A program made the position numbers and the translations under genes. A stretch of 64,000 nucleotides of DNA from a virus. Taxonomy: Duplodnaviria; Caudoviricetes. The first letter of the stretch is position 1. Every line of letters starts with the position of its first letter. The notes under the pieces were generated by a model. It had not been told where the DNA came from and ran no database searches. It was given only the letters and a program-made list of their open reading frames with translations. Location: IMG/VR virus record IMGVR_UViG_2765235997_000001, positions 1 through 64,000 of that record; one strand, given 5' to 3'. Positions 37,575 to 47,906 of the stretch are shown piece after piece.

Positions 37575-38174
37575 TCAGGCGGTGGGCTTGATGGCCCGGT
37601 AGACGCCCCATGGGAGGTCGCTGTCGACGGGCTCCAGCCCGATGGCCGCGCAGGCTTCGGTCTGCTGTTCGGCGGACCATGTGGTGACGCCGATCCAGCT
37701 GTCGGCCTCGGATGGCGTCTCGGAGACGGGCCAGTCGAGGACGAGGATCCCGCCGAGCTTGGTGGCCGCCCGGAGCTTGCCGATGATGTGCAGGCAGTCC
37801 TCGTAGCTGTGGTGGATGAGGACGGCCAACGTGTAGACGGCGTCCATGCGACGCCGGCCGAGGTGTCCGGCGATGCCGTCGGCGTCAGCCTGGACGGTGG
37901 TCACGTCGGGGTCGCGTTCGCCGAGCCGGTCGAGCATGTTCTTGGAGGCGTCGACGGCGGTCACCTCGTACCCGAGGGCGGCCATGGGGACAGCGACCCG
38001 TCCGTCTCCGCACCCGAAGTCCATCACCTTCGCCCCGTCGGGGATGACCGACGCGAGCATGGCGGCCTGGCCTTTGCCGGACTCCCAGTAGGCATCCTCG
38101 GACACGTTCCGCAGCGGGTGGATCGCGGTGGGGTCGGCCTTGTCCCACGCCCGGATGACGTCATCGGCGGTCAC
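37575..38174 (-). CDS. class I SAM-dependent methyltransferase
   Basis: DFGCGDG motif I, AVDAS, GGILVLD. Confidence 0.9.
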   Translation of the reverse strand: MTADDVIRAWDKADPTAIHPLRNVSEDAYWESGKGQAAMLASVIPDGAKVMDFGCGDGRVAVPMAALGYEVTAVDASKNMLDRLGERDPDVTTVQADADGIAGHLGRRRMDAVYTLAVLIHHSYEDCLHIIGKLRAATKLGGILVLDWPVSETPSEADSWIGVTTWSAEQQTEACAAIGLEPVDSDLPWGVYRAIKPTA

Positions 38175-38473
38175 GATGCCCCCTCGCAGTCATCGGCGGT
38201 GTGCCACGAGGTCAGGATGTCGTCGTCCAGCATGTCGTTCGGCTTGGCCGGGTGGCGGTAGTCGAGGTTCTCCTCGAAGACGAGCCCGGTCTTGCCGACC
38301 GCAACGACGCTGGCGATCCACAGCCCTTCGGTGCCGTTGCGGCATCCGTCGAAAGGCTCCCGGAGCAGGTGCTTGGGAACTTCGCTGATGAAGCCGAGGC
38401 GGCAGGGCAGCGGGGCGCCGGTTCGCCGGTCGGTGGCGGCGTAGTGCACATGGTCGCCAAGGCGGGGCTTCAC
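38171..38473 (-). CDS. hypothetical protein
   Basis: PRLGDHVHY...SWH; overlaps both neighbours. Confidence 0.6.
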   Translation of the reverse strand: MKPRLGDHVHYAATDRRTGAPLPCRLGFISEVPKHLLREPFDGCRNGTEGLWIASVVAVGKTGLVFEENLDYRHPAKPNDMLDDDILTSWHTADDCEGAS

Positions 38474-39174
38474 GATGCCTCCTCGACGAGTTTCCGAAGC
38501 TTGGCCAGGTCGGTGTCGAGCCCACCGTTGTCCCGGTAGTCGTAGTAGGCGGCACTGTCGGCCGACACCTGCTCGGGGCTGTTGCACTCCTCGTAGCCCT
38601 GATCGACCTCCGCCTTCTCAGCGGCCGGGTGCAGGTGCTCGATCACCATGTCGTCCAGGTAGGTGATCCGCCCCATGCCTCGACCCCAGTCCAACCAGCA
38701 CAGATCCAGGCACAAGTGCACCAGGGCCGGAGGGCTGAAGTAGCCGAGAGTCTGGACGATGTCCGAGGTCATGGCTACCGCGGTCGGCATCCGCTCCCCC
38801 ATCAGGAGGTCGTTGCCGTACACAATGCCGGGGCCGCCGGACAAACAGATCCGGATCCGCTCATCCCACGCGGCGGTTCGCGGACGGTGGTCATCGCCCA
38901 TGAACGCCAGGAACCGGTAGCGCTTCGCCGCCTTGACCGCCTGCTGGTTCAGGGTGCCGCACAGCCGCAGGCGCTTTCCGTACACGAACCGGAACCGGCT
39001 GTCGCCCTTGAGCTTCGCTGCCTCCGCCTTGTACTTGGCGAGTTCGGGGTCGTCGTTGTCGACGGCGAACAGCAGGTCCGCGGTCGCCCCCGTGTTGTCC
39101 CACGCCTGCACAAGCGCGGGCACGGCCTGGGGGCGTCCTCGGGTCGGGATGATGACGAGCAGGTCGTCGGCCAT
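38470..39174 (-). CDS. glycosyltransferase, GT-A fold (family 2-like)
   Basis: IIPTRGRP, VDNDD, FMGDDH (DxD-like), HLHP. Confidence 0.85.
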   Translation of the reverse strand: MADDLLVIIPTRGRPQAVPALVQAWDNTGATADLLFAVDNDDPELAKYKAEAAKLKGDSRFRFVYGKRLRLCGTLNQQAVKAAKRYRFLAFMGDDHRPRTAAWDERIRICLSGGPGIVYGNDLLMGERMPTAVAMTSDIVQTLGYFSPPALVHLCLDLCWLDWGRGMGRITYLDDMVIEHLHPAAEKAEVDQGYEECNSPEQVSADSAAYYDYRDNGGLDTDLAKLRKLVEEAS

Positions 39175-39209
39175 GGCGCGGGCCCTTCTACAGCTGGGTG
39201 GTTGCCGGT

Positions 39210-40741
<1,532 letters not shown>

Positions 40742-40765
40742 GGGGCCTCCCCTCTGGGTACGCGA

Positions 40766-40800
40766 AAGCCCCCGCCGGTTCTCTCCACGGCGGGGGCTTC
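40766..40800 (-). terminator. intrinsic terminator-like hairpin
   Basis: AAGCCCCCGCCG...CGGCGGGGGCTT, followed by TTT on the minus strand. Confidence 0.55.
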
Positions 40801-40873
40801 AGAAGCGTGATGTGACTCGTGTGTCACGATCAAGAATTGGACTTACAGTCCGGTTTGTCAAGCCCTTCCAGGG

Positions 40874-41692
40874 TTAAGCAGCTTTACGGGGCTCGCTCGG
40901 CTTCCGGTTCATCCACGCGCGTCCTCGCTCTATCAGGAAGCGCATGTGCTCGACGTAGTAGACGGGGCGACCCTTGTCGTCTTCCCCGACAGGCTCGATT
41001 GCCTTCCGGTGCGCCCAACTCGCGACCGTGTTGGGGCTCATGCCGAAGAGCTTCGCCCCCTCGGTCGCGGTGGCAGTCTCTCCGGTTACGGGAGTGGGGA
41101 GTACAAGCTTCGTCCGCGTTCGAAGGTGGCCTTTGCCGATGGAGGCGACGGTTGGCCAGGTGGGGTCTGGTACTCCGTGCTGCGCGACGAGGGTGTCGAT
41201 GTGGGCCAGGAGCTTTTGTGTCTGGCGGAAGTACTCGCTTCTCTTGCCGACGCGGCACCATAAGAACTGCCTGTGTCGCAAGTATTCGTCGTCGGGGCCG
41301 CCGGGTTCGAAGGCCAGGATCTCGTCGGGGCGCAGGCTGCTGAAGCGGCTATGGGGGTCGGTGGTGGTGCCGATCTTGATGAAGTCTGCTCGCCGCATGT
41401 AGTAGACGATGGACTGCCGATCGGGCCTACTGCGACGCTGCTGCCAACCGGCTGAGGGGGTTTCCCTCTGCTGCTTCTGTTCGTGCTTCTGCTTGCCGAG
41501 TTTCACTGCGATGGCGACGGCCGATTCGTCAAGCTCGACGCCTGCGGTCTTCATGGTCTGCAATGCGTCCGCGATGCACGCGAAGGCAGGATCGTCCGTG
41601 TCGATCATCGCGAGCAGGGGCGCCACGCTGCGGCGGACTCCGGCGCGTTGGTCTTTGATTGATTGGGGCGTGAAGGCGTTACCCTGGCCCAT
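40874..41692 (-). CDS. GIY-YIG-like nuclease domain fused to MerR-like HTH
   Basis: VYYMR..IKIGTT..R...E..RH..F...EYF; C-terminal GAKLFGMSPNTVASWAHR. Confidence 0.75.
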   Translation of the reverse strand: MGQGNAFTPQSIKDQRAGVRRSVAPLLAMIDTDDPAFACIADALQTMKTAGVELDESAVAIAVKLGKQKHEQKQQRETPSAGWQQRRSRPDRQSIVYYMRRADFIKIGTTTDPHSRFSSLRPDEILAFEPGGPDDEYLRHRQFLWCRVGKRSEYFRQTQKLLAHIDTLVAQHGVPDPTWPTVASIGKGHLRTRTKLVLPTPVTGETATATEGAKLFGMSPNTVASWAHRKAIEPVGEDDKGRPVYYVEHMRFLIERGRAWMNRKPSEPRKAA

Positions 41693-41773
41693 GTCGATCT
41701 CCTCTGAAGGTCGGCCATGCCCCGGGAGGTCTAGCCACCTCGCCGGGGTCTCAACTGCCCTAATTCTACCGGC

Positions 41774-42208
41774 TCATGGCGATTTTCGTCGGCCTGGTGG
41801 GCGCGCGTAGAGGGCGTGTTCGAGGGCCGCTGTCCCGTCATCTGAGCTGGAGCTCTGCAGCGGAACTCGCCCGTCCATCCAGTCCCAGGCACGGTCGGCC
41901 GACACGGCCCCCGCCCCGGTGATCTCAACGCGGGCCGCAGGGTCGTCGGTGAAGGGGAGCAGGAGTGTCGACGGCGCGACCCGGAAAACTGCGGCCAGGG
42001 CCACAAGCTCGTCCGCGCTGATGTGTCGCTCGGCCTTTTCCATCCTCGTGATCCCTGATGCCGGGATGGTGCGCCCAGCTTCTTCGAGAAGGCTGGCGAG
42101 ACGGCGCGTACTGAAGCCGCGCACGCTTCTGAGCCGGGCCAGGTTCGCGGCTACCGTCCGGCCAGTTGGGCCGACTACGAGCGCTCTACGACCGCGCTCG
42201 TCGCTCAT
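41774..42208 (-). CDS. XRE-family HTH regulator
   Basis: NLARLR..RGFSTRRLA...ITRMEKAERHISADEL. Confidence 0.8.
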   Translation of the reverse strand: MSDERGRRALVVGPTGRTVAANLARLRSVRGFSTRRLASLLEEAGRTIPASGITRMEKAERHISADELVALAAVFRVAPSTLLLPFTDDPAARVEITGAGAVSADRAWDWMDGRVPLQSSSSDDGTAALEHALYARPPGRRKSP

Positions 42209-43011
42209 GCCGCGACCCCCGCGTCTTCTCGCAGCACCGCGTCCTGCTGTTCCCGGAGTTGCTTCCACTCCCCCAGCGTCTCCCACCGCGCCCCGCAGGT
42301 GCCGCACCGTACTCGGTGGCTGCTTGCGGTGGCGGTGAGGTCGGCCCGGCAGAGGCTGCCGTCGTCGTACCGGGCGGGGCAGCGGCCGATGTTGACCCGT
42401 CCGGGCCGGTGTTCGTTGGCGGCGACCGCTGTGCATTCGGCGTGGAGGCGGCGCAGGTCGTCGATGTCCTGGCCGACCGACTCGTAGCTCGACACGGCCC
42501 ACGGCAGGTTGTTGGCCAGGAACTTGAGGTGCTCGGGCACGGCCTTGCCAGCGGTCTGGGTGCGCCAGTGCGGGTAGACCCGGTCACCCTTCACCGGCCG
42601 CCCGACGTTGATGCGCCCGGCCGTGTCCCGGGTGACGGGGAACGTGGTCCGCTCGTCGACCGTCGGCAGGGTGTCCCAGCCGAGGGCTTGCCGCCAGGAG
42701 TCCTCGATGGCCTGCAACCGGGTGGCGACTCCCCCGTTCGCGGTGAGGGCAAGGACTTCGAGGCGCGGGGGTATCGGCGGGGTGCGGCTACCGGACGTTG
42801 CACCGCCGGGCCGGCGGGCGCCACGCATCAGCGTGCTGGTCTCGTTGAGCCGGCGGAACAGGGGCCCGAGTTCGGCGAGGTGCTTGGCCGCCTGGTCTTC
42901 ACAGGGGCGGCACGCGTATCGGCCGGTCTCGGCAACCCAGAGCTGCCGCCCGCACCGGGGAGTCACGCACACGGGCCACTGGTAGTCGAGGTCTTCAGAG
43001 TTGTCGTGCAC
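42205..43011 (-). CDS. Cys-rich hypothetical phage protein (possible late regulator)
   Basis: N- and C-terminal CxxC pairs; last gene of the early array. Confidence 0.65.
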   Translation of the reverse strand: MHDNSEDLDYQWPVCVTPRCGRQLWVAETGRYACRPCEDQAAKHLAELGPLFRRLNETSTLMRGARRPGGATSGSRTPPIPPRLEVLALTANGGVATRLQAIEDSWRQALGWDTLPTVDERTTFPVTRDTAGRINVGRPVKGDRVYPHWRTQTAGKAVPEHLKFLANNLPWAVSSYESVGQDIDDLRRLHAECTAVAANEHRPGRVNIGRCPARYDDGSLCRADLTATASSHRVRCGTCGARWETLGEWKQLREQQDAVLREDAGVAA

Positions 43012-43122
43012 AGCGGCTCCTCGTGGTGGGTGCGGGAAGCAAGAGACCTGTAGGCCAATTGTGCGCTGGCGTGATGACAACCCTGGGCCAATGGCCGTGT
43101 CGGCGCGCCTCGGGCCCGCCTG

Positions 43123-44076
43123 ATGGTTCAGGGCGGGCCCAGGGTGGGGGTACTCGGACCCGCTCGCACTAGGCTGTGCGAACACCGAGTGCCAGGGGGC
43201 GACTTGATCCAGTACCGCGCGTTTCGGACGTGGCAGGCTATGCAAAAGCGGTCGAACAACAGCATCCTGGCGCTGTCGGTGGGGGCGAATCACGCTCGGC
43301 GGGAGATGAGCCAGGCGCCGGACCCTGAGGTCAGGGCGCGCATGCTGCTCAATGCGGTGCCGCTGACGGAGCGGCTCGACGTGACAGCCGCAGAGGCGAC
43401 GAAGATCTTCGAGTCTGCGGCGACCGATATGGCGTTCCTCGCCATCCCCCAGGTCATGGCGCTGCACATTGAGCTGTGCGTCGAGACGATCGTTGAGTGC
43501 CAACGGTTCCCAAGCCTCATCAGGAGGAAGGGGGCGCCCGGCAAGTGGCAGGTGCCGGATCTCCATGAGGCGTTGCGTTTCGGCAAGGCGGAAACCAGCG
43601 CAGATGAACTACTCGACTTCTGCTTGAAGCTACGAAACGCGATGATGCACGGCGCGGGCAAGGTCAACGAGAAAGTGACAAAGCGATGGGAGAGGTTGTC
43701 GCCGGCGGCGGTTGCGCGATGGCAAAGCCTGGCGGGACGCCCTTTTACGTACACGAAGGTCGGTGTGCTGCCGACGCTGGGTTGGCCCGAGATCATGGCC
43801 ACGTTGGCGGTGACGAAGGAGTCGGCCCATGAGATCAACGGGCGAGTCCGGGGCGCCCTTACTCGCGCCCAGTGGGCGGAGGTCATCGCTCGTGACTACC
43901 GTGACTCCACGACGGTTGGCCGCCGACGGTTCAATGCCGCGCCGGCTGGTCATGGGGTTGCAGGTCCGGAACTGGACCGGGTGGTGCAGCGACTTCAGGG
44001 GCACGCGATGACGTACTACCCCGACCTGGCGATGACGCCTGCGGAGTTGCGGGCTGGCCGGGATGCGGTTCGTTAG
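43123..44076 (+). CDS. moron protein with HEPN-like RxxxxH motif (start uncertain)
   Basis: LRNAMMHG in a helical protein; opposite strand to its neighbours. Confidence 0.6.
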   Translation: MVQGGPRVGVLGPARTRLCEHRVPGGDLIQYRAFRTWQAMQKRSNNSILALSVGANHARREMSQAPDPEVRARMLLNAVPLTERLDVTAAEATKIFESAATDMAFLAIPQVMALHIELCVETIVECQRFPSLIRRKGAPGKWQVPDLHEALRFGKAETSADELLDFCLKLRNAMMHGAGKVNEKVTKRWERLSPAAVARWQSLAGRPFTYTKVGVLPTLGWPEIMATLAVTKESAHEINGRVRGALTRAQWAEVIARDYRDSTTVGRRRFNAAPAGHGVAGPELDRVVQRLQGHAMTYYPDLAMTPAELRAGRDAVR

Positions 44077-44115
44077 GAGCGGACGCTCTACTTGAGCTAC
44101 GAGACGACGCGAACG

Positions 44116-44184
44116 TGGACTGGCCCGGACTTGCACCGGGATCTTCCGCACAGTGGCGGTTCCGGTGACGAACCGGACCCATCC
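44116..44184 (-). ncRNA. tRNA-like cloverleaf element (non-canonical)
   Basis: Acceptor-like GGATGGG/CCAGTCC-A, two arms, T-arm CCCGG-TGCAAGT-CCGGG. Confidence 0.4.
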
Positions 44185-44247
44185 TGAAGATGACCGCCTG
44201 GCCCCGACCCTACCGGACGGGGCCTTCCACCATCACCGCGTCGGCCG

Positions 44248-44505
44248 TCACGTGTCCTCCAGTACGTATCCGGTGCGGCGGGGTGCCCCGTCGCGGGTGG
44301 TAGGCGTGGTGTGGAGTTGGTCGGATCGCATCCAGCGTGGGCGGATCTCGCGCCCGTCTCGGGTGATGGTGACGACCTGGACCTTCCGCATGCCGTCGAG
44401 GTCCGCGGCTCCGATCGGGGCGTTGGTGATCCGGATGCGGGTGGGCCCATCTGACGGGTGGTGGCGGTTGCTGAGGCTGCGGTAGGTCTGTCCGGGCTGG
44501 ATCAT
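44248..44505 (-). CDS. hypothetical protein (MIQPGQTYRS...)
   Basis: GAGGAG RBS; coupled ORF. Confidence 0.6.
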   Translation of the reverse strand: MIQPGQTYRSLSNRHHPSDGPTRIRITNAPIGAADLDGMRKVQVVTITRDGREIRPRWMRSDQLHTTPTTRDGAPRRTGYVLEDT

Positions 44506-44681
44506 CGCGGGGGCTCCTCGGTGGGGTTCTTCCGGCTGCCGTTGCAGTATCCGAACCCGGGTTCGCCGGGTCGGGTGGGGTGGCGGGCGCCGTGGGCGGG
44601 GATAGTGTCGTCGTCCCGGAGGCGGTAGGGGCGGCCACACGTCGGGCAGTGTTCCTTCCGTGCCGGGGTGGATGGCTTCAT
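44502..44681 (-). CDS. small Zn-ribbon protein (CPTCGR...H...C)
   Basis: Read manually; 59 aa, overlapping start/stop with neighbours. Confidence 0.55.
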   Translation of the reverse strand: MKPSTPARKEHCPTCGRPYRLRDDDTIPAHGARHPTRPGEPGFGYCNGSRKNPTEEPPR

Positions 44682-44953
44682 CGCGGGGGCTCCCGAGGGG
44701 GGTTGTGGGCCGCCGTGCCGTACACAGCAGCCCAGGGGTGGTCAGGGAATTCGCTTGCGTTGACGGTCTCGAACCACCGCCACTCGCGGCTCTCCCAGTA
44801 CTCGACACGGGCCTGTTCGGCGCGGCTGTCCCCTCCGAGCGCGGCACGCACCAGGGCGTAGGCCTTGGCCTCGCTGGTGTGGTCGGAGGTGGCGCGGACG
44901 TCGGGCCCGGTGATGATGACGCGCCACGGCTTCCGGGGCTTCTTGGCGGCCAT
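44678..44953 (-). CDS. hypothetical protein
   Basis: GAGGAG RBS. Confidence 0.6.
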   Translation of the reverse strand: MAAKKPRKPWRVIITGPDVRATSDHTSEAKAYALVRAALGGDSRAEQARVEYWESREWRWFETVNASEFPDHPWAAVYGTAAHNPPREPPR

Positions 44954-44957
44954 CGGT

Positions 44958-45074
44958 CTACTCCTCGTCGTCGTTGTCATAGTCCCGCTCGAACCATTCG
45001 CGGTCACGGCGGGCCACCTCGGCCAGGGTGTCCTCCCACGGCGGCAACGGGGCCGGGGCAGACGGCGCGGTCAC
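44958..45074 (-). CDS. 38-aa acidic peptide
   Basis: Read manually; fills the gap, start overlaps the upstream stop. Confidence 0.4.
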   Translation of the reverse strand: MTAPSAPAPLPPWEDTLAEVARRDREWFERDYDNDDEE

Positions 45075-45529
45075 GGGGTGCCTCCGTGTTCACGGGCGGT
45101 GTGGCGGTACAGCTCTTCCTCGGCGGACCCGTCGTCCACGTGCCACACCGTGGTGCGCCACCCGCACGTGCTGCACTTCCGGGACACTTCGGCGCTGGTC
45201 GCGGTGACGGACCGGAGGTACAGGCCCCCGCCGCCACCACCGAACGGGCTGCTCTCGGAGGTGTAGCCGTGGCAGTCGTCGGCCTCGCACGCATACGGGT
45301 CGAAGACCGGGGCGAATGGCTTCGGGTAGTCGTCCTGCGGGCAGCGGCACACGGCCTTTCGAGCTGCGCGCCGGGCTTTCATGCGGGCGAGGCGTTGGGC
45401 ATTGGTGGGCTGCTCCCACTGGTGACCGCCCTTCCCGCGAAGGTACTGCCAGCCGTGCGGGTTGTCGTAGCCGCACCACCGGCACCCGTCCGGGTTCGGG
45501 GCAGCCTGGTGGCGGATGACCTTGGCCAT
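45071..45529 (-). CDS. Cys-rich hypothetical protein
   Basis: CRWC, CSTC motifs; coupled. Confidence 0.6.
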   Translation of the reverse strand: MAKVIRHQAAPNPDGCRWCGYDNPHGWQYLRGKGGHQWEQPTNAQRLARMKARRAARKAVCRCPQDDYPKPFAPVFDPYACEADDCHGYTSESSPFGGGGGGLYLRSVTATSAEVSRKCSTCGWRTTVWHVDDGSAEEELYRHTAREHGGTP

Positions 45530-46020
45530 CAGAACGTCCCGGCCTGCAGGTCGTCCGGGCCGTCGTCGGATCGGTAGAGCGGCCCGTAGTCCGACTCGAC
45601 CTCGCCGACGGGCACCGGTTCGTTGCTGTGGTCGTTCCGGACCCGCATCAGCGGCTGCCCCTGGTCGTCGACGCCGCAGGCCATCCAGTAGAAGCCCTCG
45701 GCGTCGCGGTACCAGGCGGCGGCGTTGTACCTGACGCCGTTCCAGACGACGGTGGCGCGCTCGCAGTCCGGAGCGTGGTGGGACGGGTCGAAGCAACGGC
45801 AGACGGATGCCTCCAGCTTTGCGATACGGGCGCTCGCCCCACCCAGGTCGCTTTCCAGCTCGGCCACCTGGCTGGCCGCCTCGGACAGGGCCTTCCGCAG
45901 CCGGTCGACCTCGGCCAGGAGGTCGCGGGCGAACAGGTTCCCGAGCGAGTAGTTGCTCATCTCGGCGACGTGCGACCGGATCCGCTGCTCGTACTCCGGG
46001 GTCATCGGGGTGTCGGTCAT
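45529..46020 (-). CDS. hypothetical Streptomyces phage protein (C-terminal W.D..G..W...YGPL domain)
   Basis: GGAAGG RBS; coiled coil plus a conserved-looking domain. Confidence 0.6.
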   Translation of the reverse strand: MTDTPMTPEYEQRIRSHVAEMSNYSLGNLFARDLLAEVDRLRKALSEAASQVAELESDLGGASARIAKLEASVCRCFDPSHHAPDCERATVVWNGVRYNAAAWYRDAEGFYWMACGVDDQGQPLMRVRNDHSNEPVPVGEVESDYGPLYRSDDGPDDLQAGTF

Positions 46021-46253
46021 CGGGGTCCTTCCGGAGACAGGGCGGGGGTAATGGGCACGGGCTTCCACTCGTCGAGCTCCCAGTTCTCCGCATCCAGGGC
46101 GGTTGCAGTGGCGGGCTCGCCGGGGCGGTACAGGAAGCCGACCGCTCGCATCTCCTGATCGAACGGATTCGGGGCGACTGCGAGGCACTGGAAGATCCAG
46201 CGGCGGCGCTGGTAGGTGCGGTTGGCCTCGAAGAAGTCGGCGGTTGCGCTCAT
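46017..46253 (-). CDS. hypothetical protein
   Basis: 78 aa with AGGAG RBS. Confidence 0.6.
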   Translation of the reverse strand: MSATADFFEANRTYQRRRWIFQCLAVAPNPFDQEMRAVGFLYRPGEPATATALDAENWELDEWKPVPITPALSPEGPR

Positions 46254-46277
46254 GACGTCTCCTGCTCGGAAGTTGGT

Positions 46278-46679
46278 CTACGCGCACCTCGCGAAGTCGG
46301 CGGCGACCAGGTGGCGGGTGGCCTTGTACGTGGTGAGTGCGGTGTACAGGGCCGGGTCGGTGGGCTTGTAGACGTGGACGTGAATCCACCGGCCGGTGGT
46401 GCGGTGCTGGGCCCAGACCTTGACGGCGTCGGCTCCGAGGTGGGTGGCCCGGTAGGCCTTGGCGGTGTGCCGGCCGTACCAACTGGCCTGCCCGTCCTTC
46501 AGGCCGGCGCCGAGGCGGTCGAGCATGTCGCCGGTGCGGATGAGGGTGCCCGTGTCGACGGCGACGGCGATGAGGCCGGAGAGGCACCGGTAGCGGAGGG
46601 CCTTCGCCGTGTGGCGGGCGGCGCGGTGGGTGGCGGCGATGGTGCGGAGTGTCCGGCGGGTGCGGGTGGTGGCGATCAC
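46278..46679 (-). CDS. basic hypothetical protein
   Basis: GAGGGG RBS; first gene of a leftward operon. Confidence 0.6.
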   Translation of the reverse strand: MIATTRTRRTLRTIAATHRAARHTAKALRYRCLSGLIAVAVDTGTLIRTGDMLDRLGAGLKDGQASWYGRHTAKAYRATHLGADAVKVWAQHRTTGRWIHVHVYKPTDPALYTALTTYKATRHLVAADFARCA

Positions 46680-46721
46680 GGGTCCCCCTCGGGTGGTGCT
46701 GTGCGACTTGGCGATGACTCC

Positions 46722-46797
46722 ATCATGTAGCCCTACATGTAGCCCTGTCAATAGGGCTATACGTAGGGCGTGTAGTTGGCCTTACTGTAGGGCTACC
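46722..46797. promoter_or_regulatory. operator array of TAGCCCT/AGGGCTA repeats in a divergent promoter region
   Basis: TAGCCCT at 46728 and 46740, AGGGCTA at 46753 and 46789; palindrome ATGTAG-CC-CTACAT. Confidence 0.65.
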
Positions 46798-46816
46798 CGT
46801 GTGTCAAAATGAGGGC

Positions 46817-47080
46817 ATGGCCACCGACTACCGACCCAGCCCAGACGCAGCCGACGTCTTCGCCCAGTACAAGGAGCACTACGAAGGCGAGCGAGAACTC
46901 AAGCCCGCCATGCGCGAACACGCCGCCAATGAACTCAAAGCCGGTGCCACCGTTGGCCAGCTCGCCAAAGCCACTGGACTTACCCCAGAGGTCTTCCGGC
47001 GCATGGCCCGCGACCTCGGCATCGAACGCCTCCGCCCACCCACCGTCGGCAAGCTCAAGCCCGAGGGGGACGGCTCATGA
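46817..47080 (+). CDS. small HTH regulator
   Basis: GATVGQLAKATGLTPEVFRRMAR. Confidence 0.7.
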   Translation: MATDYRPSPDAADVFAQYKEHYEGERELKPAMREHAANELKAGATVGQLAKATGLTPEVFRRMARDLGIERLRPPTVGKLKPEGDGS

Positions 47081-47598
47081 ACGTCGCCGAGGTCGACGCC
47101 CTGGCCGAAGCTGCGCACGCCGGCCAGTTCGACAAGATCGGCGTCCCGTACATCGAGCACGTCCGCGCCGTCGCTGCCGGGCTCACCCCGTTCGGTGACG
47201 AGCTGGTGATGGCCGGGCTGCTGCATGACGTCATCGAGGACACCGACTGGACCGCCGAGCAGCTGCGCGGGGCCGGGGTCCCGGACCGGGTGGTGCGCGT
47301 CGTGGAAGCGGTCACCAACCAGAAGGGTGTGCCGTATGAGGTGAAGGTGCGTCGGATCGCCCTGAACCGCGACGCGACCTTGGTGAAGATCGCCGACAAC
47401 GCGCACAACTCGCACCCGGACCGAGCGGCCCAACTGCCCGAAGACAAGCGGGCCCGGCTGGCCGCCAAGTACCGAAGCGCACGCGACGTGCTGTGGATGG
47501 CGGCTGGCGCTCTCGACGTCGCGACCATCATCAACATCGTCAACCCGTCGCTGCTCGACGAACTCCGGGAACGGCAGAGCGCTGGACGCCCCTCATGA
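47077..47598 (+). CDS. HD-domain protein, SpoT/Mesh1-like small alarmone hydrolase
   Basis: AHAGQ.DK.G.PYIEH, LLHDVIEDT, VKIADN.HN. Confidence 0.8.
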   Translation: MNVAEVDALAEAAHAGQFDKIGVPYIEHVRAVAAGLTPFGDELVMAGLLHDVIEDTDWTAEQLRGAGVPDRVVRVVEAVTNQKGVPYEVKVRRIALNRDATLVKIADNAHNSHPDRAAQLPEDKRARLAAKYRSARDVLWMAAGALDVATIINIVNPSLLDELRERQSAGRPS

Positions 47599-47906
47599 CC
47601 GACGCCTTGGTGGCCTTCCTCCGGGCCCGTTTCGCCGAGGAGTTGGAGAAGGCCCGCTTCGCGAGCAGCACGGTGACCCAGGATCCTGAGCGGTTCGGTG
47701 TCGCACCCGAGGACGCCGCGGCGCACGCCCGGTTCTCCGTCGCCACCGCCGAGGTGCACCTCGCACTCCTGGAGGACACCGTGATCCCAAACGTGGGAGC
47801 GGAGGGGGCGGCCGGCCGGATTGCCGAGTACCAGCTGCGACTCCTCGCCGCCCCCTACGTCGAGCACAAGGACTACCCGCACGACGAGCCCAGGAGCTCT
47901 GCATGA
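47595..47906 (+). CDS. DUF6221-like protein
   Basis: LVAFLRAR...LLAAPYVEHKDY. Confidence 0.6.
   Translation: MTDALVAFLRARFAEELEKARFASSTVTQDPERFGVAPEDAAAHARFSVATAEVHLALLEDTVIPNVGAEGAAGRIAEYQLRLLAAPYVEHKDYPHDEPRSSA

Noticed and set aside
37575-38174. DNA (Dam-like) methyltransferase for the GATC cluster
   Set aside because: Lacks DPPY/NPPY or PCQ motifs; small-molecule class I type within a sugar locus
44116-44184. Cobalamin riboswitch (CCGCCACTGT and GGTGCAAGTCC sub-motifs)
   Set aside because: The sub-motifs are in the wrong order and no B12 box follows; a tRNA-like fold fits better
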